Positions 26,741 to 35,747 of a stretch of 64,000 bases of DNA are shown one piece after another. Numbering within the stretch: position 1 is the stretch's first letter; every line of letters starts with the position of its first letter. Source of the DNA: Patescibacteria group bacterium (GTDB lineage: Bacteria > Patescibacteriota > Minisyncoccia > Phycocordibacterales > SIBU01); the NCBI GenBank assembly GCA_040390045.1, contig JAZJZC010000001.1:172005-236004 (forward strand), in the 5' to 3' direction. Position numbers and translations under genes: made by a program. Below the pieces are notes generated by a model that was not told the origin of the DNA, ran no database searches, and saw only the letters and a list, made by a program, of their open reading frames with translations.

Positions 26741-28534
26741 ATGGAGATTCGAAACATAGCAATCATAGCCCACGTGGATCACGGCAAAACCACACTGACT
26801 GATGCCTTAATGCGCCAAACCGGCATGGTCAAGGAGGACAGCGCCAGTATGGACTCAAACGCTCTCGAACAAGAGCGCGGCATTACCATTTATGCTAAAA
26901 ATGCGTCTCTCTATTATAAGGACACCAAAATCAACATCGTTGACACTCCGGGCCACGCCGACTTCGGTTCAGAGGTAGAACGCGTGCTTCGTTCAATCGA
27001 CACCGTGCTTCTGCTCGTTGACGCTCAAGAAGGCCCGATGCCTCAAACTCGTTTCGTACTTAAAAAATCTTTGGAATTGGGATTGAAACCGATCGTCATC
27101 ATCAACAAGATCGACAAGCCAGCCGCTCGAATTACTGAAGTTAACGATGAAATTTTGGAACTCTTTATGGAACTCGGTGCGACCGACGCCCAGCTTGATT
27201 TCAAAGTGGTTTACGCTATCGGCCGACAAGGTATTGCTAAAATAAAAATTACAGACGAATCAAAAAATCTTAATCCTCTTCTCGATTTGATTCTTGCTGA
27301 AGTGCCCGCCGCTGACAGAAATTCCACAGCGAAGCTCCGGATGCAGCCTTTCAACCTTGCATACGATAATTTTCTCGGACGATTAGCAATTGGACGAATT
27401 TACGAGGGCACAATTAAACAAGGTTCAACTGTCTACATCAAGAAGCCGGCAGGAGGCGAGATGGTCTCTGGTAAAATTACTAAGCTCTTTAGCTTTGAAG
27501 GTGTCACTCGAAAAGAAGTTTCTGAGGCAGGAGCTGGAGACATTGTGATGATTGCCGGTCTGCCTAGTATTTACATTGGAGATACTGTGACAGACTCAGT
27601 TGATGTTATTGCCCTACCCGCTATTGCAGTTGACGAGCCAACCATTTCCTTGAACTTCCTGGTTAACGATTCCCCACTTGCCGGCCGCGAAGGAAAATTG
27701 GTAACCACACGACAAATCCGCGCTCGACTTGAAAAGGAACTTGAAGTCAACGTGGGTCTTAAGGTTGATTTTTCAAACGGCGATACTTACAAAGTCTATG
27801 GCCGAGGCGAACTACACATTTCCATTCTTCTTGAATACATGCGCCGCGAAGGTTTTGAATTACAAGTTTCTCAACCGCAAGTTATTATCAAAGAACTTGA
27901 TGGCGTGAAGGTTGAACCTTTCGAAGAAGCGGTTGTTGATGTGCGAACTGAAAATGCTAGCTCGGTCATTCAGAAATTAACTCGCCGAAAAGGTATTTTG
28001 ATGGAACACAAGGAGCACGAAAATATTGCACGACTAATCTTTCAAATTCCAACTCGTGGCCTTCTGGGTTACCGCGGAGAATTTGTGATTGATACTAAAG
28101 GTGAAGGTTTGCTTTCATCGCGATTTATCGGATTCAAACCATACGTCGGCGTGATTGAGAAACACAGTTTCGGTTCGATGATTTCCATGGAAACAGGCAC
28201 CGCACTTGCCTATTCGATTTGGAATTTACAAGAACGTGGCATTATCTATATTGATCCTGCGACACCCGTATATGAAGGAATGATTATTGGAAACGTGACC
28301 AAGGGTGAAGACATGGATGTAAACCCAACCAAGAACAAACAGCTGACAAACGTTCGTATGTCGGGCAATGACGACGCAATCCTCATTATTCCACCTATGC
28401 GACTTACGATCGAACGCGGAATGGAAATTATGCAAGGCGATGAGTATTTGGAAATTACACCCAAATCCGTCCGCCTCAGAAAACAACATCTTAAAAAAGG
28501 AGATCGCAATAAGGCGAATAAGAAAGCGGAGTAG
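26741..28534 (+). CDS. typA: Translational GTPase TypA/BipA
   Basis: RNIAIIAHVDHGKTT, DTPGHADF, GRGELH and GPMPQTRFV motifs. Confidence 0.97.
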   Translation: MEIRNIAIIAHVDHGKTTLTDALMRQTGMVKEDSASMDSNALEQERGITIYAKNASLYYKDTKINIVDTPGHADFGSEVERVLRSIDTVLLLVDAQEGPMPQTRFVLKKSLELGLKPIVIINKIDKPAARITEVNDEILELFMELGATDAQLDFKVVYAIGRQGIAKIKITDESKNLNPLLDLILAEVPAADRNSTAKLRMQPFNLAYDNFLGRLAIGRIYEGTIKQGSTVYIKKPAGGEMVSGKITKLFSFEGVTRKEVSEAGAGDIVMIAGLPSIYIGDTVTDSVDVIALPAIAVDEPTISLNFLVNDSPLAGREGKLVTTRQIRARLEKELEVNVGLKVDFSNGDTYKVYGRGELHISILLEYMRREGFELQVSQPQVIIKELDGVKVEPFEEAVVDVRTENASSVIQKLTRRKGILMEHKEHENIARLIFQIPTRGLLGYRGEFVIDTKGEGLLSSRFIGFKPYVGVIEKHSFGSMISMETGTALAYSIWNLQERGIIYIDPATPVYEGMIIGNVTKGEDMDVNPTKNKQLTNVRMSGNDDAILIIPPMRLTIERGMEIMQGDEYLEITPKSVRLRKQHLKKGDRNKANKKAE

Positions 28535-28541
28535 TGAAAAC

Positions 28542-28582
28542 AAAAAATCCCCCCGCGGCCAAAGGCCGCGGGGGGATTTTTT
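28542..28582 (+). terminator. Intrinsic terminator
   Basis: AATCCCCCCGCGGCC-aaa-GGCCGCGGGGGGATT followed by a T-tract. Confidence 0.85.
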
Positions 28583-28703
28583 GAAGCTGCAAGCCCCGCC
28601 CGAACGTACCAGAGTACACTCGGAACGGGGGGGGGTATTAGCTAACAGCTACAAGCTTCCTGTGGCTCTTCCAAAATCCTCCCTTTTATAGCATAATCTA
28701 GCC

Positions 28704-29783
28704 ATGAAGCGGCTCACTAAGAAACTGATAATACCGCACGAAGGGAATAATTTTCATCCCTACCTTCTGCGCGCGAGTGGTATCTTTGCTTTCTTGTTAC
28801 TCATCGTCGGTTCTTTTGTCACCTCCACTCTGTATTTTAAAGTTCTCCAAAAAAATAACTTTCTCGCCGCTATCTTGCCTTCAATCCTCATTGATCTTGC
28901 CAACTCAGACAGAACCACGCTTGCCTTAAACACTCTTACCGTTAGCCCAACCCTTGAGCAAGCGGCGCAAATGAAAGCCGACGATATGGCTCAAAAAAGC
29001 TACTTCGCTCACACCAGCCCCGAAGGATTGAATCCTTGGTATTGGTTTTCCAAAGCCGGATACTCGTTTGCTTTTGCAGGAGAAAATCTCGCCATTAAAT
29101 TTGATGACTCGGACACGGTCAACACCGCGTGGATGAACTCCCCATCGCACCGCGCCAACATTTTAAATGAGCATTTTACTGAAATTGGTGTCGCTACCTC
29201 ACGTGGCGTGTATGAAGGACAAGAAACAATCTTTGTGGTTCAAATGTTTGGCAACCCTTCGCCAAAACCCGCCACTACAACTCCACAAAATCTAGCCACC
29301 ACAACTGAGCAACATGGGGCAACAACAACCACTGCTCTGGAAGAGGAAATTCCTAAACTTGCCCTCACTACTATTGTCCCAACAGAACCTGAACCAAAAA
29401 TCGTACCGATAGGCTCAAGTGCCGTGTTAGGCGCCAAAATCGATGAAAGTTTTGAAGCAGTCCAAAACACTTCCGTGGAAATCCCAAGGCCCACCCTTTC
29501 CATAAACGAAAAACCTGAAGTCCTTCCGCAAGCATCGAAAATCGACCACATCGTCTCGAGCCCAAGTAAACTTTTGGGAATTTTCTATCTCATGCTCATT
29601 TTCCTGCTCTTTATAACGTTACTATTCGTACTTCACATCGATCACAAACGACGCGCGCATAATATACTCTCGATTATAATTTTGTTTTTAATTATTGTTA
29701 TTTCCTACTACGGCTACCAAACTCTCATGCTTTCAAAAATCCAAATTTTGGATTCTCAAGTGACGGATACTCAAAAAGCCTAG
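28704..29783 (+). CDS. CAP (SCP) domain membrane protein
   Basis: AAQMKADDM...YFAH.SP.G, AGENLA and WMNSPSHRANIL motifs. Confidence 0.9.
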   Translation: MKRLTKKLIIPHEGNNFHPYLLRASGIFAFLLLIVGSFVTSTLYFKVLQKNNFLAAILPSILIDLANSDRTTLALNTLTVSPTLEQAAQMKADDMAQKSYFAHTSPEGLNPWYWFSKAGYSFAFAGENLAIKFDDSDTVNTAWMNSPSHRANILNEHFTEIGVATSRGVYEGQETIFVVQMFGNPSPKPATTTPQNLATTTEQHGATTTTALEEEIPKLALTTIVPTEPEPKIVPIGSSAVLGAKIDESFEAVQNTSVEIPRPTLSINEKPEVLPQASKIDHIVSSPSKLLGIFYLMLIFLLFITLLFVLHIDHKRRAHNILSIIILFLIIVISYYGYQTLMLSKIQILDSQVTDTQKA

Positions 29784-29920
29784 CCAGTTGACAAACTAGT
29801 CACAACCAAGTACAGTTTGAAGCAGAGAGTGAAGTCTTGCTCACAATGCTGGCGACAGCGGTCATATTGACTTGAGCAATTCAAATCGCTTCCATTGGAA
29901 GCACTGAGAAAGGTCATTGC

Positions 29921-30319
29921 ATGACATTTTCGAAGTCGGATGACAGGACACCTGTCAGCTGGATGTTAGCGGTGCTGGTCGTGAGATGGGTTGTTGTGCC
30001 TCTAATCGCCTTTTATCTCCTGGTTGGTTTGGTCCGAATGGTTGGAGTGGTCACAATGGATCACATCGGGATTTCCCGCGAGCCGTGGCTCGACTGGTGG
30101 TGGACACCGATCGTGTCAGGCATATTCAAACTGAAAGATACCGTGATAAATGGGCTACTGATCACACTCGGTACGATCGTCGCAATTTATTTTGCCACGG
30201 GCATGATCCGTGTCCTGGCGCAAATCGTCACAAACAGCGTGTTCACTGACCGACCGTGGCTCGACTGGTGGTGGGTAAAACTCGTAGACTGGTTTTTTCC
30301 CAAAAAGACCGCCGAGTAA
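29921..30319 (+). CDS. Hypothetical membrane protein with internal duplication (PWLDWWW twice)
   Basis: Two hydrophobic halves; 21-bp exact DNA repeat; own terminator at ~30338-30368. Confidence 0.65.
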   Translation: MTFSKSDDRTPVSWMLAVLVVRWVVVPLIAFYLLVGLVRMVGVVTMDHIGISREPWLDWWWTPIVSGIFKLKDTVINGLLITLGTIVAIYFATGMIRVLAQIVTNSVFTDRPWLDWWWVKLVDWFFPKKTAE

Positions 30320-30391
30320 ACTGTCGGCAATGTACACAAACGACGTTCAATCCTGAACGCCGTTTTTTCTTTGCACTAAAATTTAATTAAT

Positions 30392-30949
30392 TTAATACTC
30401 GATCGTTATAGGAAAAAGGATAAACGCCTCATGCTCCGGCAAACCGGAAGGATTGTCTTTCTTAAGAACGAGAGTGGCCGGCCCGATGTATGACTCTGGC
30501 ACTTTCAAATCTACTTTAAACGGCACAAATTCAGTGGTCATCCAATCACTTTGAGCTTGGGCTGGCGTTTGAATAAGTATGTTGCCATCTTTGTCTCTCA
30601 ACTCGACGGGAAACGAGGCCTCGAAAAACCAAGTGCCACGAGCTTTACCAATAACCGAAAAAGTTTTCCCCGTCACTGCGCCAGGAGTTGGTGTCTCCAC
30701 CGTAATCAAATCCGCAGAAGCGTTGGCATAGGTAATTTTTGGCATAATTTCTTCAGCAAAAGTTCGTCCATCTGGAGTTTTACACTGACGCGGGTAACTT
30801 TCCATTACTGGATATCCAGCCTTAGCACAGTCCGCGAAAGATTTTATTTCGCTAACGCCTGGCGCATCTGCTTTTTTGAAGAACAAAAAGAAACCGAGTG
30901 CGAGCGCGAGCAAGACCAAAATAGAAATGATGATGTTTTTGTTTTGCAT
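30392..30949 (-). CDS. Gmad2 immunoglobulin-like domain protein
   Basis: F.DC.KAGYPVMESYPRQC, G.ARGTWFFEASFPV and KDNPSGL motifs. Confidence 0.85.
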   Translation of the reverse strand: MQNKNIIISILVLLALALGFFLFFKKADAPGVSEIKSFADCAKAGYPVMESYPRQCKTPDGRTFAEEIMPKITYANASADLITVETPTPGAVTGKTFSVIGKARGTWFFEASFPVELRDKDGNILIQTPAQAQSDWMTTEFVPFKVDLKVPESYIGPATLVLKKDNPSGLPEHEAFILFPITIEY

Positions 30950-30966
30950 GTTTTTGGATTACATTT

Positions 30967-31473
30967 TTAAAGCTCTTTAAACGTTACACCTGCTGGTAGC
31001 GTAAATCTCGAAGTGTCTGAAGGAACAGTCTGGCAGTTGTAATCTCCAATTTGATCTGCATTAAAACTGTACGTGCCTGCAGGACCAGCGCCTCCATTAT
31101 TTGATTCAGTTGTAGCTACTTTCGCTTTGAATCCCATGCCGGGCGCCAAAGAAGTCCACGAATAGGTGTAGCCGTCCCGCACAATGATGTTAGTCCCAAC
31201 CGTCACACCAGAGACAGTTGTCGTATATTCACCGCGAATCATACCTGCGTGGACATAGGTCACCCCGCTCGTTTCTGCATCACCCGCATTTTGTTGTATG
31301 TCGCACTTATAGAAACCATTCTGCTTTACCAGTTCTGAAAATGCCATCTTTTTCCCATTGGGCAATACGCCCGCATCCTTTCCGTACTTCATACCGCCTC
31401 CGGTGACTAAAAAGTAACCACTGACTAATACGACGAGCACCGCCACCCCAATTATTATTTTTTTATTTTCCAT
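30967..31473 (-). CDS. Hypothetical membrane-anchored protein
   Basis: N-terminal TM, conserved-looking Cys pair, F.LP.GV.F C-terminus. Confidence 0.7.
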   Translation of the reverse strand: MENKKIIIGVAVLVVLVSGYFLVTGGGMKYGKDAGVLPNGKKMAFSELVKQNGFYKCDIQQNAGDAETSGVTYVHAGMIRGEYTTTVSGVTVGTNIIVRDGYTYSWTSLAPGMGFKAKVATTESNNGGAGPAGTYSFNADQIGDYNCQTVPSDTSRFTLPAGVTFKEL

Positions 31474-31547
31474 AGTTTTTGAATTAACGAATATCGCTAC
31501 CTTGTTATGGTAGCACGATTTTTCCCTCACCGGGCAACCCGAATCAT

Positions 31548-31609
31548 GAAATGGTGTCAGCCACCATTTCTCGTTCTATCTATAAATAAATGCTGGCTGA
31601 CCCCATTTC
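31548..31609. repeat. Inverted doublet of REP-like 22-bp palindromes
   Basis: GAAATGGTGTCAGCCACCATTT and an inverted copy matching 20/22. Confidence 0.7.
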
Positions 31610-31662
31610 TTAATTTTAACACGAGTGACTCAAAAAATTGATCGAGAAATATAATTGTTGAG

Positions 31663-32154
31663 CTACATAAATTGACTGAGTTCTTTTGGTGAGTGAAATC
31701 TTTTTAACTCAAGGGGTTTACTGATTTCAATGGCTTCTTCTATTCCTTTACGTTCAGCCCGAGTAATCACACGCCACAAAAACTTTAAACTTAAACCTTC
31801 TATGGCTTCCTTGGGAAGTTCCGGTCGGTTTTTATTACGAAATTGAAACCAGCGTTTTATCAACCGCGCAGCACAACGAATTCCCGAGTAATCGAGATAT
31901 AAAACAACATCAGCCTTTTTAAGACGGTTGGACATTTTAGCATCTATCCATCCTTCGATAATCCATTCATTTTTTTGGACGAGCGATTCATGCTCCTGTA
32001 AATATTCAGGTTCGGGCACTGACTCCCAATTACCCCTCCAAAAAAGAGCGTCCATGTGAAAAACCGGCAAACCAGTTTCAGACGAAAGCTGTCTCGAAAA
32101 AACACTTTTTCCAGAACCACTTATCCCAACAACAGCAATTTTTCTATAGTTCAT
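31663..32154 (-). CDS. P-loop kinase (topology modulation protein/FlaR-like)
   Basis: GISGSGKS, HMD.LFW...W, WIIEG and AD.V.YLD motifs. Confidence 0.8.
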   Translation of the reverse strand: MNYRKIAVVGISGSGKSVFSRQLSSETGLPVFHMDALFWRGNWESVPEPEYLQEHESLVQKNEWIIEGWIDAKMSNRLKKADVVLYLDYSGIRCAARLIKRWFQFRNKNRPELPKEAIEGLSLKFLWRVITRAERKGIEEAIEISKPLELKRFHSPKELSQFM

Positions 32155-32196
32155 GCCTTATATTAAACACTAAGCCAGCCCAATCTGCACGCTTGG

Positions 32197-32217
32197 TACA
32201 AAGGTTCGACCTTTGTA
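32197..32217. repeat. Short REP-like hairpin
   Basis: TACAAAGGT-tcg-ACCTTTGTA. Confidence 0.5.
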
Positions 32218-32243
32218 TTTGACGGGAAAACAAAATTAAAATT

Positions 32244-33575
32244 TTACAAAAATAACAAATCTCTATCCAAATCATCGAAATCTGTCGGCTCATTATCTTT
32301 CGCTTTTTTCCCAAACTTACCCTTGGGTTTCAGCGCAGCGTGAGTCGAAGCCAGATGCACCACCCGCTTACCAAGTTTATTTTCTAAAGAATCAATCCGT
32401 TTGTGGATGACCTCAAATTTATCCGCCAATTCCCTACTACCAAACAAATCCGCTTGCGAAACTGAATCTGGAACTAACTCACGCAAGGTTACTCCAGTCG
32501 TACGATACAAAATGCCACGCTTGTGCATATTTTTTAATTGCTCGCCGGCCAGTGTCATTAAAACTTCCGGAGCGTTGGTCGGTGACGGCAGCGACACAAG
32601 AGAGGTCGTGTATTGAAAATCTTGAGTTTTTAGAAACAAAGAAAGCTTTTTGGGAACCAGCTTGTAATGCCTCGCTTTGGTGCAAGCTTCTTCGATATTT
32701 TTTGAAAGTTGGGCTAACAGAAAATTTTTATCGTTGGTCGCAGGATGAAACGTTCGAGTTTTTTGAATTGAAGAATAAGTAGTTTTTGCATTCGGATCTA
32801 TCGGCATCACCGAAATTCCAGAAAGCTCCTGCCAAATTACTTCGTCCGGTTTAGGGAAAAAATGTCTAACCCAATTTAAATCTTTATCTATAAAATCTTT
32901 GGCCGTTTTAATGCCGTTACGCCACATCTTTTGGGAAGTCTGGCCGCCGATGCCCCAGATTTTTTCAATTGGTGTCTGCGACAAGAAATCTCCTGCAGTT
33001 TTTGCGGTGATGACCGTGAGACCCTTTGGCTTCACCCATTTCGACGCCACTTTCGCCAAAACTTTCGTCGGCGCTACACCAATTGAAACCGAGAGATCGA
33101 GCTCATTATTTATTTCTTGTTTAATCCGCTCAGCCATTTGCCGATACGTCATTTTAAGTGTGGCCTCAAGTCCCGTTAAATCAGCGAAACATTCATCGAT
33201 ACTGTATTCTTCCACGTCATCGGCGTACCTGCGCACAATATCAAACATCTTGCTCGAGTAGCGAGCATAGGAAGCATAATCCCCCGGTAAAATAATTACT
33301 TTTGGAAAATCCTTCTTCAATCTAAATATCGGCATGCCCCGAATAACACCGAGCGCCTTGGCTTCATAGGAGAGCGCTGAGACAATCCCGCGTTCTTCTC
33401 CCGTAACCACAGGCAACCCCCTGAGCTTCGGGTTTTTAGCAATTTCCACACCAACAAAAAACGCATCTCCGTCCATGTGTAAGATGGCTTTTTCTTTCAC
33501 GTTCGGCTTGCTAGCCTCAGTGTCTTCCTCGCCTTCACTCCTCGATATTTTCTTTTGAACAATTTTAGGCACCAA
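32244..33575 (-). CDS. dinB: DNA polymerase IV (Y family)
   Basis: HMDGDAFF, SYEAK..G, YSIDE and LAKVAS...KP motifs. Confidence 0.92.
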   Translation of the reverse strand: MVPKIVQKKISRSEGEEDTEASKPNVKEKAILHMDGDAFFVGVEIAKNPKLRGLPVVTGEERGIVSALSYEAKALGVIRGMPIFRLKKDFPKVIILPGDYASYARYSSKMFDIVRRYADDVEEYSIDECFADLTGLEATLKMTYRQMAERIKQEINNELDLSVSIGVAPTKVLAKVASKWVKPKGLTVITAKTAGDFLSQTPIEKIWGIGGQTSQKMWRNGIKTAKDFIDKDLNWVRHFFPKPDEVIWQELSGISVMPIDPNAKTTYSSIQKTRTFHPATNDKNFLLAQLSKNIEEACTKARHYKLVPKKLSLFLKTQDFQYTTSLVSLPSPTNAPEVLMTLAGEQLKNMHKRGILYRTTGVTLRELVPDSVSQADLFGSRELADKFEVIHKRIDSLENKLGKRVVHLASTHAALKPKGKFGKKAKDNEPTDFDDLDRDLLFL

Positions 33576-33626
33576 CTCATCATAATCTAAAAATGAGTAT
33601 TAGAAAAAGGTAAGCAGAAAAAATGG

Positions 33627-33812
33627 TTAGCTTTTTTTCTTCGGTTTTGGCACTTTATCTCCTTCCCGACGAGCTTCTGAAATGGCGATTGCCACAGCCT
33701 GCTTTTGGCTGGTCACTTTTTTGTCGGAATTACCACTTTTCAATGTGCCCTCACCAAATTCATGCATTACTTTGCTTATTTTCTTTTGAGCTTTTGGTCC
33801 GTATTTTGGCAT
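33627..33812 (-). CDS. DUF6496-like small basic protein
   Basis: KVMHEF..GTLKSG...V.S.KQAVAIA.SEAR motif. Confidence 0.8.
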   Translation of the reverse strand: MPKYGPKAQKKISKVMHEFGEGTLKSGNSDKKVTSQKQAVAIAISEARREGDKVPKPKKKS

Positions 33813-33845
33813 AGAATTTATCGTTAAAATTTAAAGCTTTGTTAC

Positions 33846-33970
33846 CTAGAACTTCTCCAGTTGGATGCAGTTCGAGGCGCGAGCGATTTTGCGACTAAAA
33901 TGTATTCCTATACATTGCGGGAGCAAAATCGTGAAGCAACAAAGAAATGCGCCGACTGGAGAAGTTCTAG
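33846..33970. mobile_element. 125-bp structured MITE/ERIC-like repeat
   Basis: Perfect 16-bp terminal inverted repeat CTAGAACTTCTCCAGT; core 83/89 identical to 47333-47421. Confidence 0.75.
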
Positions 33971-35739
33971 CTGTCACGCTTACCGTGGAGAAGCATCTCG
34001 ACCGCATGCTCCATTGATCCCGCCCGAATAATTTCACCAGCATTTACAAAGAAAATTTCGTCTGCATTTTCAATCGTGTTCAATCGGTGCGCGATGATCA
34101 CCAGTGTCGTGGTTTTTGGTAATTTTTTCAAAATATCTTCGAGCAACTGTTCGGTCACGGTATCGATGTTGGCGGTTGCTTCATCGAGAATGAGAAGTTC
34201 AGGTTCACGAAGCACCGCTCGCATAAAGGCAATCAATTGTTTCTGACCAAGAGAAAGCGCGTCGCCAGATGTAGCCACTTTGGCTTCCAGACCTCCTTCA
34301 AAACGCACAAGCAAACTTTCAAGCCCCGCAGCATGAATGACGCCGACCAGCTTTTCACTTGAGAAATCTTTATACTTTTCGTTACCGTACAAAATATTTT
34401 CCCGTACAGTTCCAGAAAAAAGTAGTGGCTCCTGCAAAATAAATCCAATCTTGTGCGTGCGTTCCACTGCATCAAACGTTCGAATATCTCGTCCACCAAG
34501 AAGCACCGCACCAGCAGATGGATCGTAGAGACGCGCCATTAGGGATGCCGTGGTGGTTTTGCCGCCTCCAGTTGGTCCAACAAGCGCATAGGTTTTCCCT
34601 CGCTCAAGGATGAAATTAACATGATGCAAAACTTCTTTGTCTTCGGTATACCTAAAAGAAACATCTTTAAACTCGAGCAACGTGCTACTCGATTGTTTCT
34701 CCACTGTTCCAATTTCTGAAATAGGAACCGTTACCATTTCCCCGTGCATTTGAAGAATCGCCGAAATACGATCCCAACCGGCAAGCGCCACTTGAAAGTT
34801 TGACCACAAGGCCGCAAGCTGACGAAGCGGATTGTAAAAATTTGAAACGTAAGACAAAAAGCCGATGAGTAATCCGAGTGAAAAATTGCCCGTGCTGATA
34901 AGGTGCACTCCATACGCAAGCACAATAAGTTGCGCGAGGTTTGAAGAAAATCCGAACACAGGAGTGAAGACGTTGTTGGCCACACCGGCGCTCACAGCTG
35001 ATTTGTAATTACCATCGTTCGCCACCTCAAAACGTTTACGGAAAAAATCGCGGCGATTAAAAGCTACCACTACTTTGAAATTATTGAGACTTTCCGAAAC
35101 CTCTGCTGAAAGATCTCCCGTTGAAGTCATTGAAGCAGCGTTAGTACGTTTGACCCACGGCGAGAGAATTCGGGTGAAGAAAAATAAAGCTACAGCTGGG
35201 GCAAGCGCGGCGGCACCCAATTTAAAATTAATTGAGAGCAGGAAAATGGCCGCGCCAACCATAATGACAATACTGCCGACAAATTGCACCAAGGTTTGCG
35301 AGAAAAATTGGTTGAGCTTGTCCGTGTCGTTGTTGATGCGTGAGATAAGATCTCCGGCTTTGTTAGCGTTGAAAAAAGCTACAGGCAATTCCTGCAACTT
35401 CCCGAAAATTTTGGTGCGCAAATTAAACAGCACGCGTTGTCCCACGCCTCCCATGAGTCGTGTCTGTCCATAACTCGTACCCAAACCGAAAAGATAGAGT
35501 CCTAGTAAAATCGATGCGAACGTCAACACGCCGCTAAATTGTTTAGCCACAATGTATGTGTCGACGACGTGAGCAATGAGCAGCGGCGCGATAAGGTTGA
35601 CGAGCGAGTTGGCGAGCGTGGCAAAACCAGCGTAGATCAAAATGCTTCGTTCGCCTGAAAGCAGAGGCCAAAGTCCACGGATAGCAGCCCATGCGGAAAT
35701 TTTCTTTTTATTTTGTTCGGCGTTAAGTTCGTAATTCAT
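33967..35739 (-). CDS. Heterodimeric ABC exporter subunit B
   Basis: TM domain; GPTGGGKT, LSLGQKQL and LILDEAT motifs. Confidence 0.92.
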   Translation of the reverse strand: MNYELNAEQNKKKISAWAAIRGLWPLLSGERSILIYAGFATLANSLVNLIAPLLIAHVVDTYIVAKQFSGVLTFASILLGLYLFGLGTSYGQTRLMGGVGQRVLFNLRTKIFGKLQELPVAFFNANKAGDLISRINNDTDKLNQFFSQTLVQFVGSIVIMVGAAIFLLSINFKLGAAALAPAVALFFFTRILSPWVKRTNAASMTSTGDLSAEVSESLNNFKVVVAFNRRDFFRKRFEVANDGNYKSAVSAGVANNVFTPVFGFSSNLAQLIVLAYGVHLISTGNFSLGLLIGFLSYVSNFYNPLRQLAALWSNFQVALAGWDRISAILQMHGEMVTVPISEIGTVEKQSSSTLLEFKDVSFRYTEDKEVLHHVNFILERGKTYALVGPTGGGKTTTASLMARLYDPSAGAVLLGGRDIRTFDAVERTHKIGFILQEPLLFSGTVRENILYGNEKYKDFSSEKLVGVIHAAGLESLLVRFEGGLEAKVATSGDALSLGQKQLIAFMRAVLREPELLILDEATANIDTVTEQLLEDILKKLPKTTTLVIIAHRLNTIENADEIFFVNAGEIIRAGSMEHAVEMLLHGKRDS

Positions 35740-35747
35740 AATGATCG

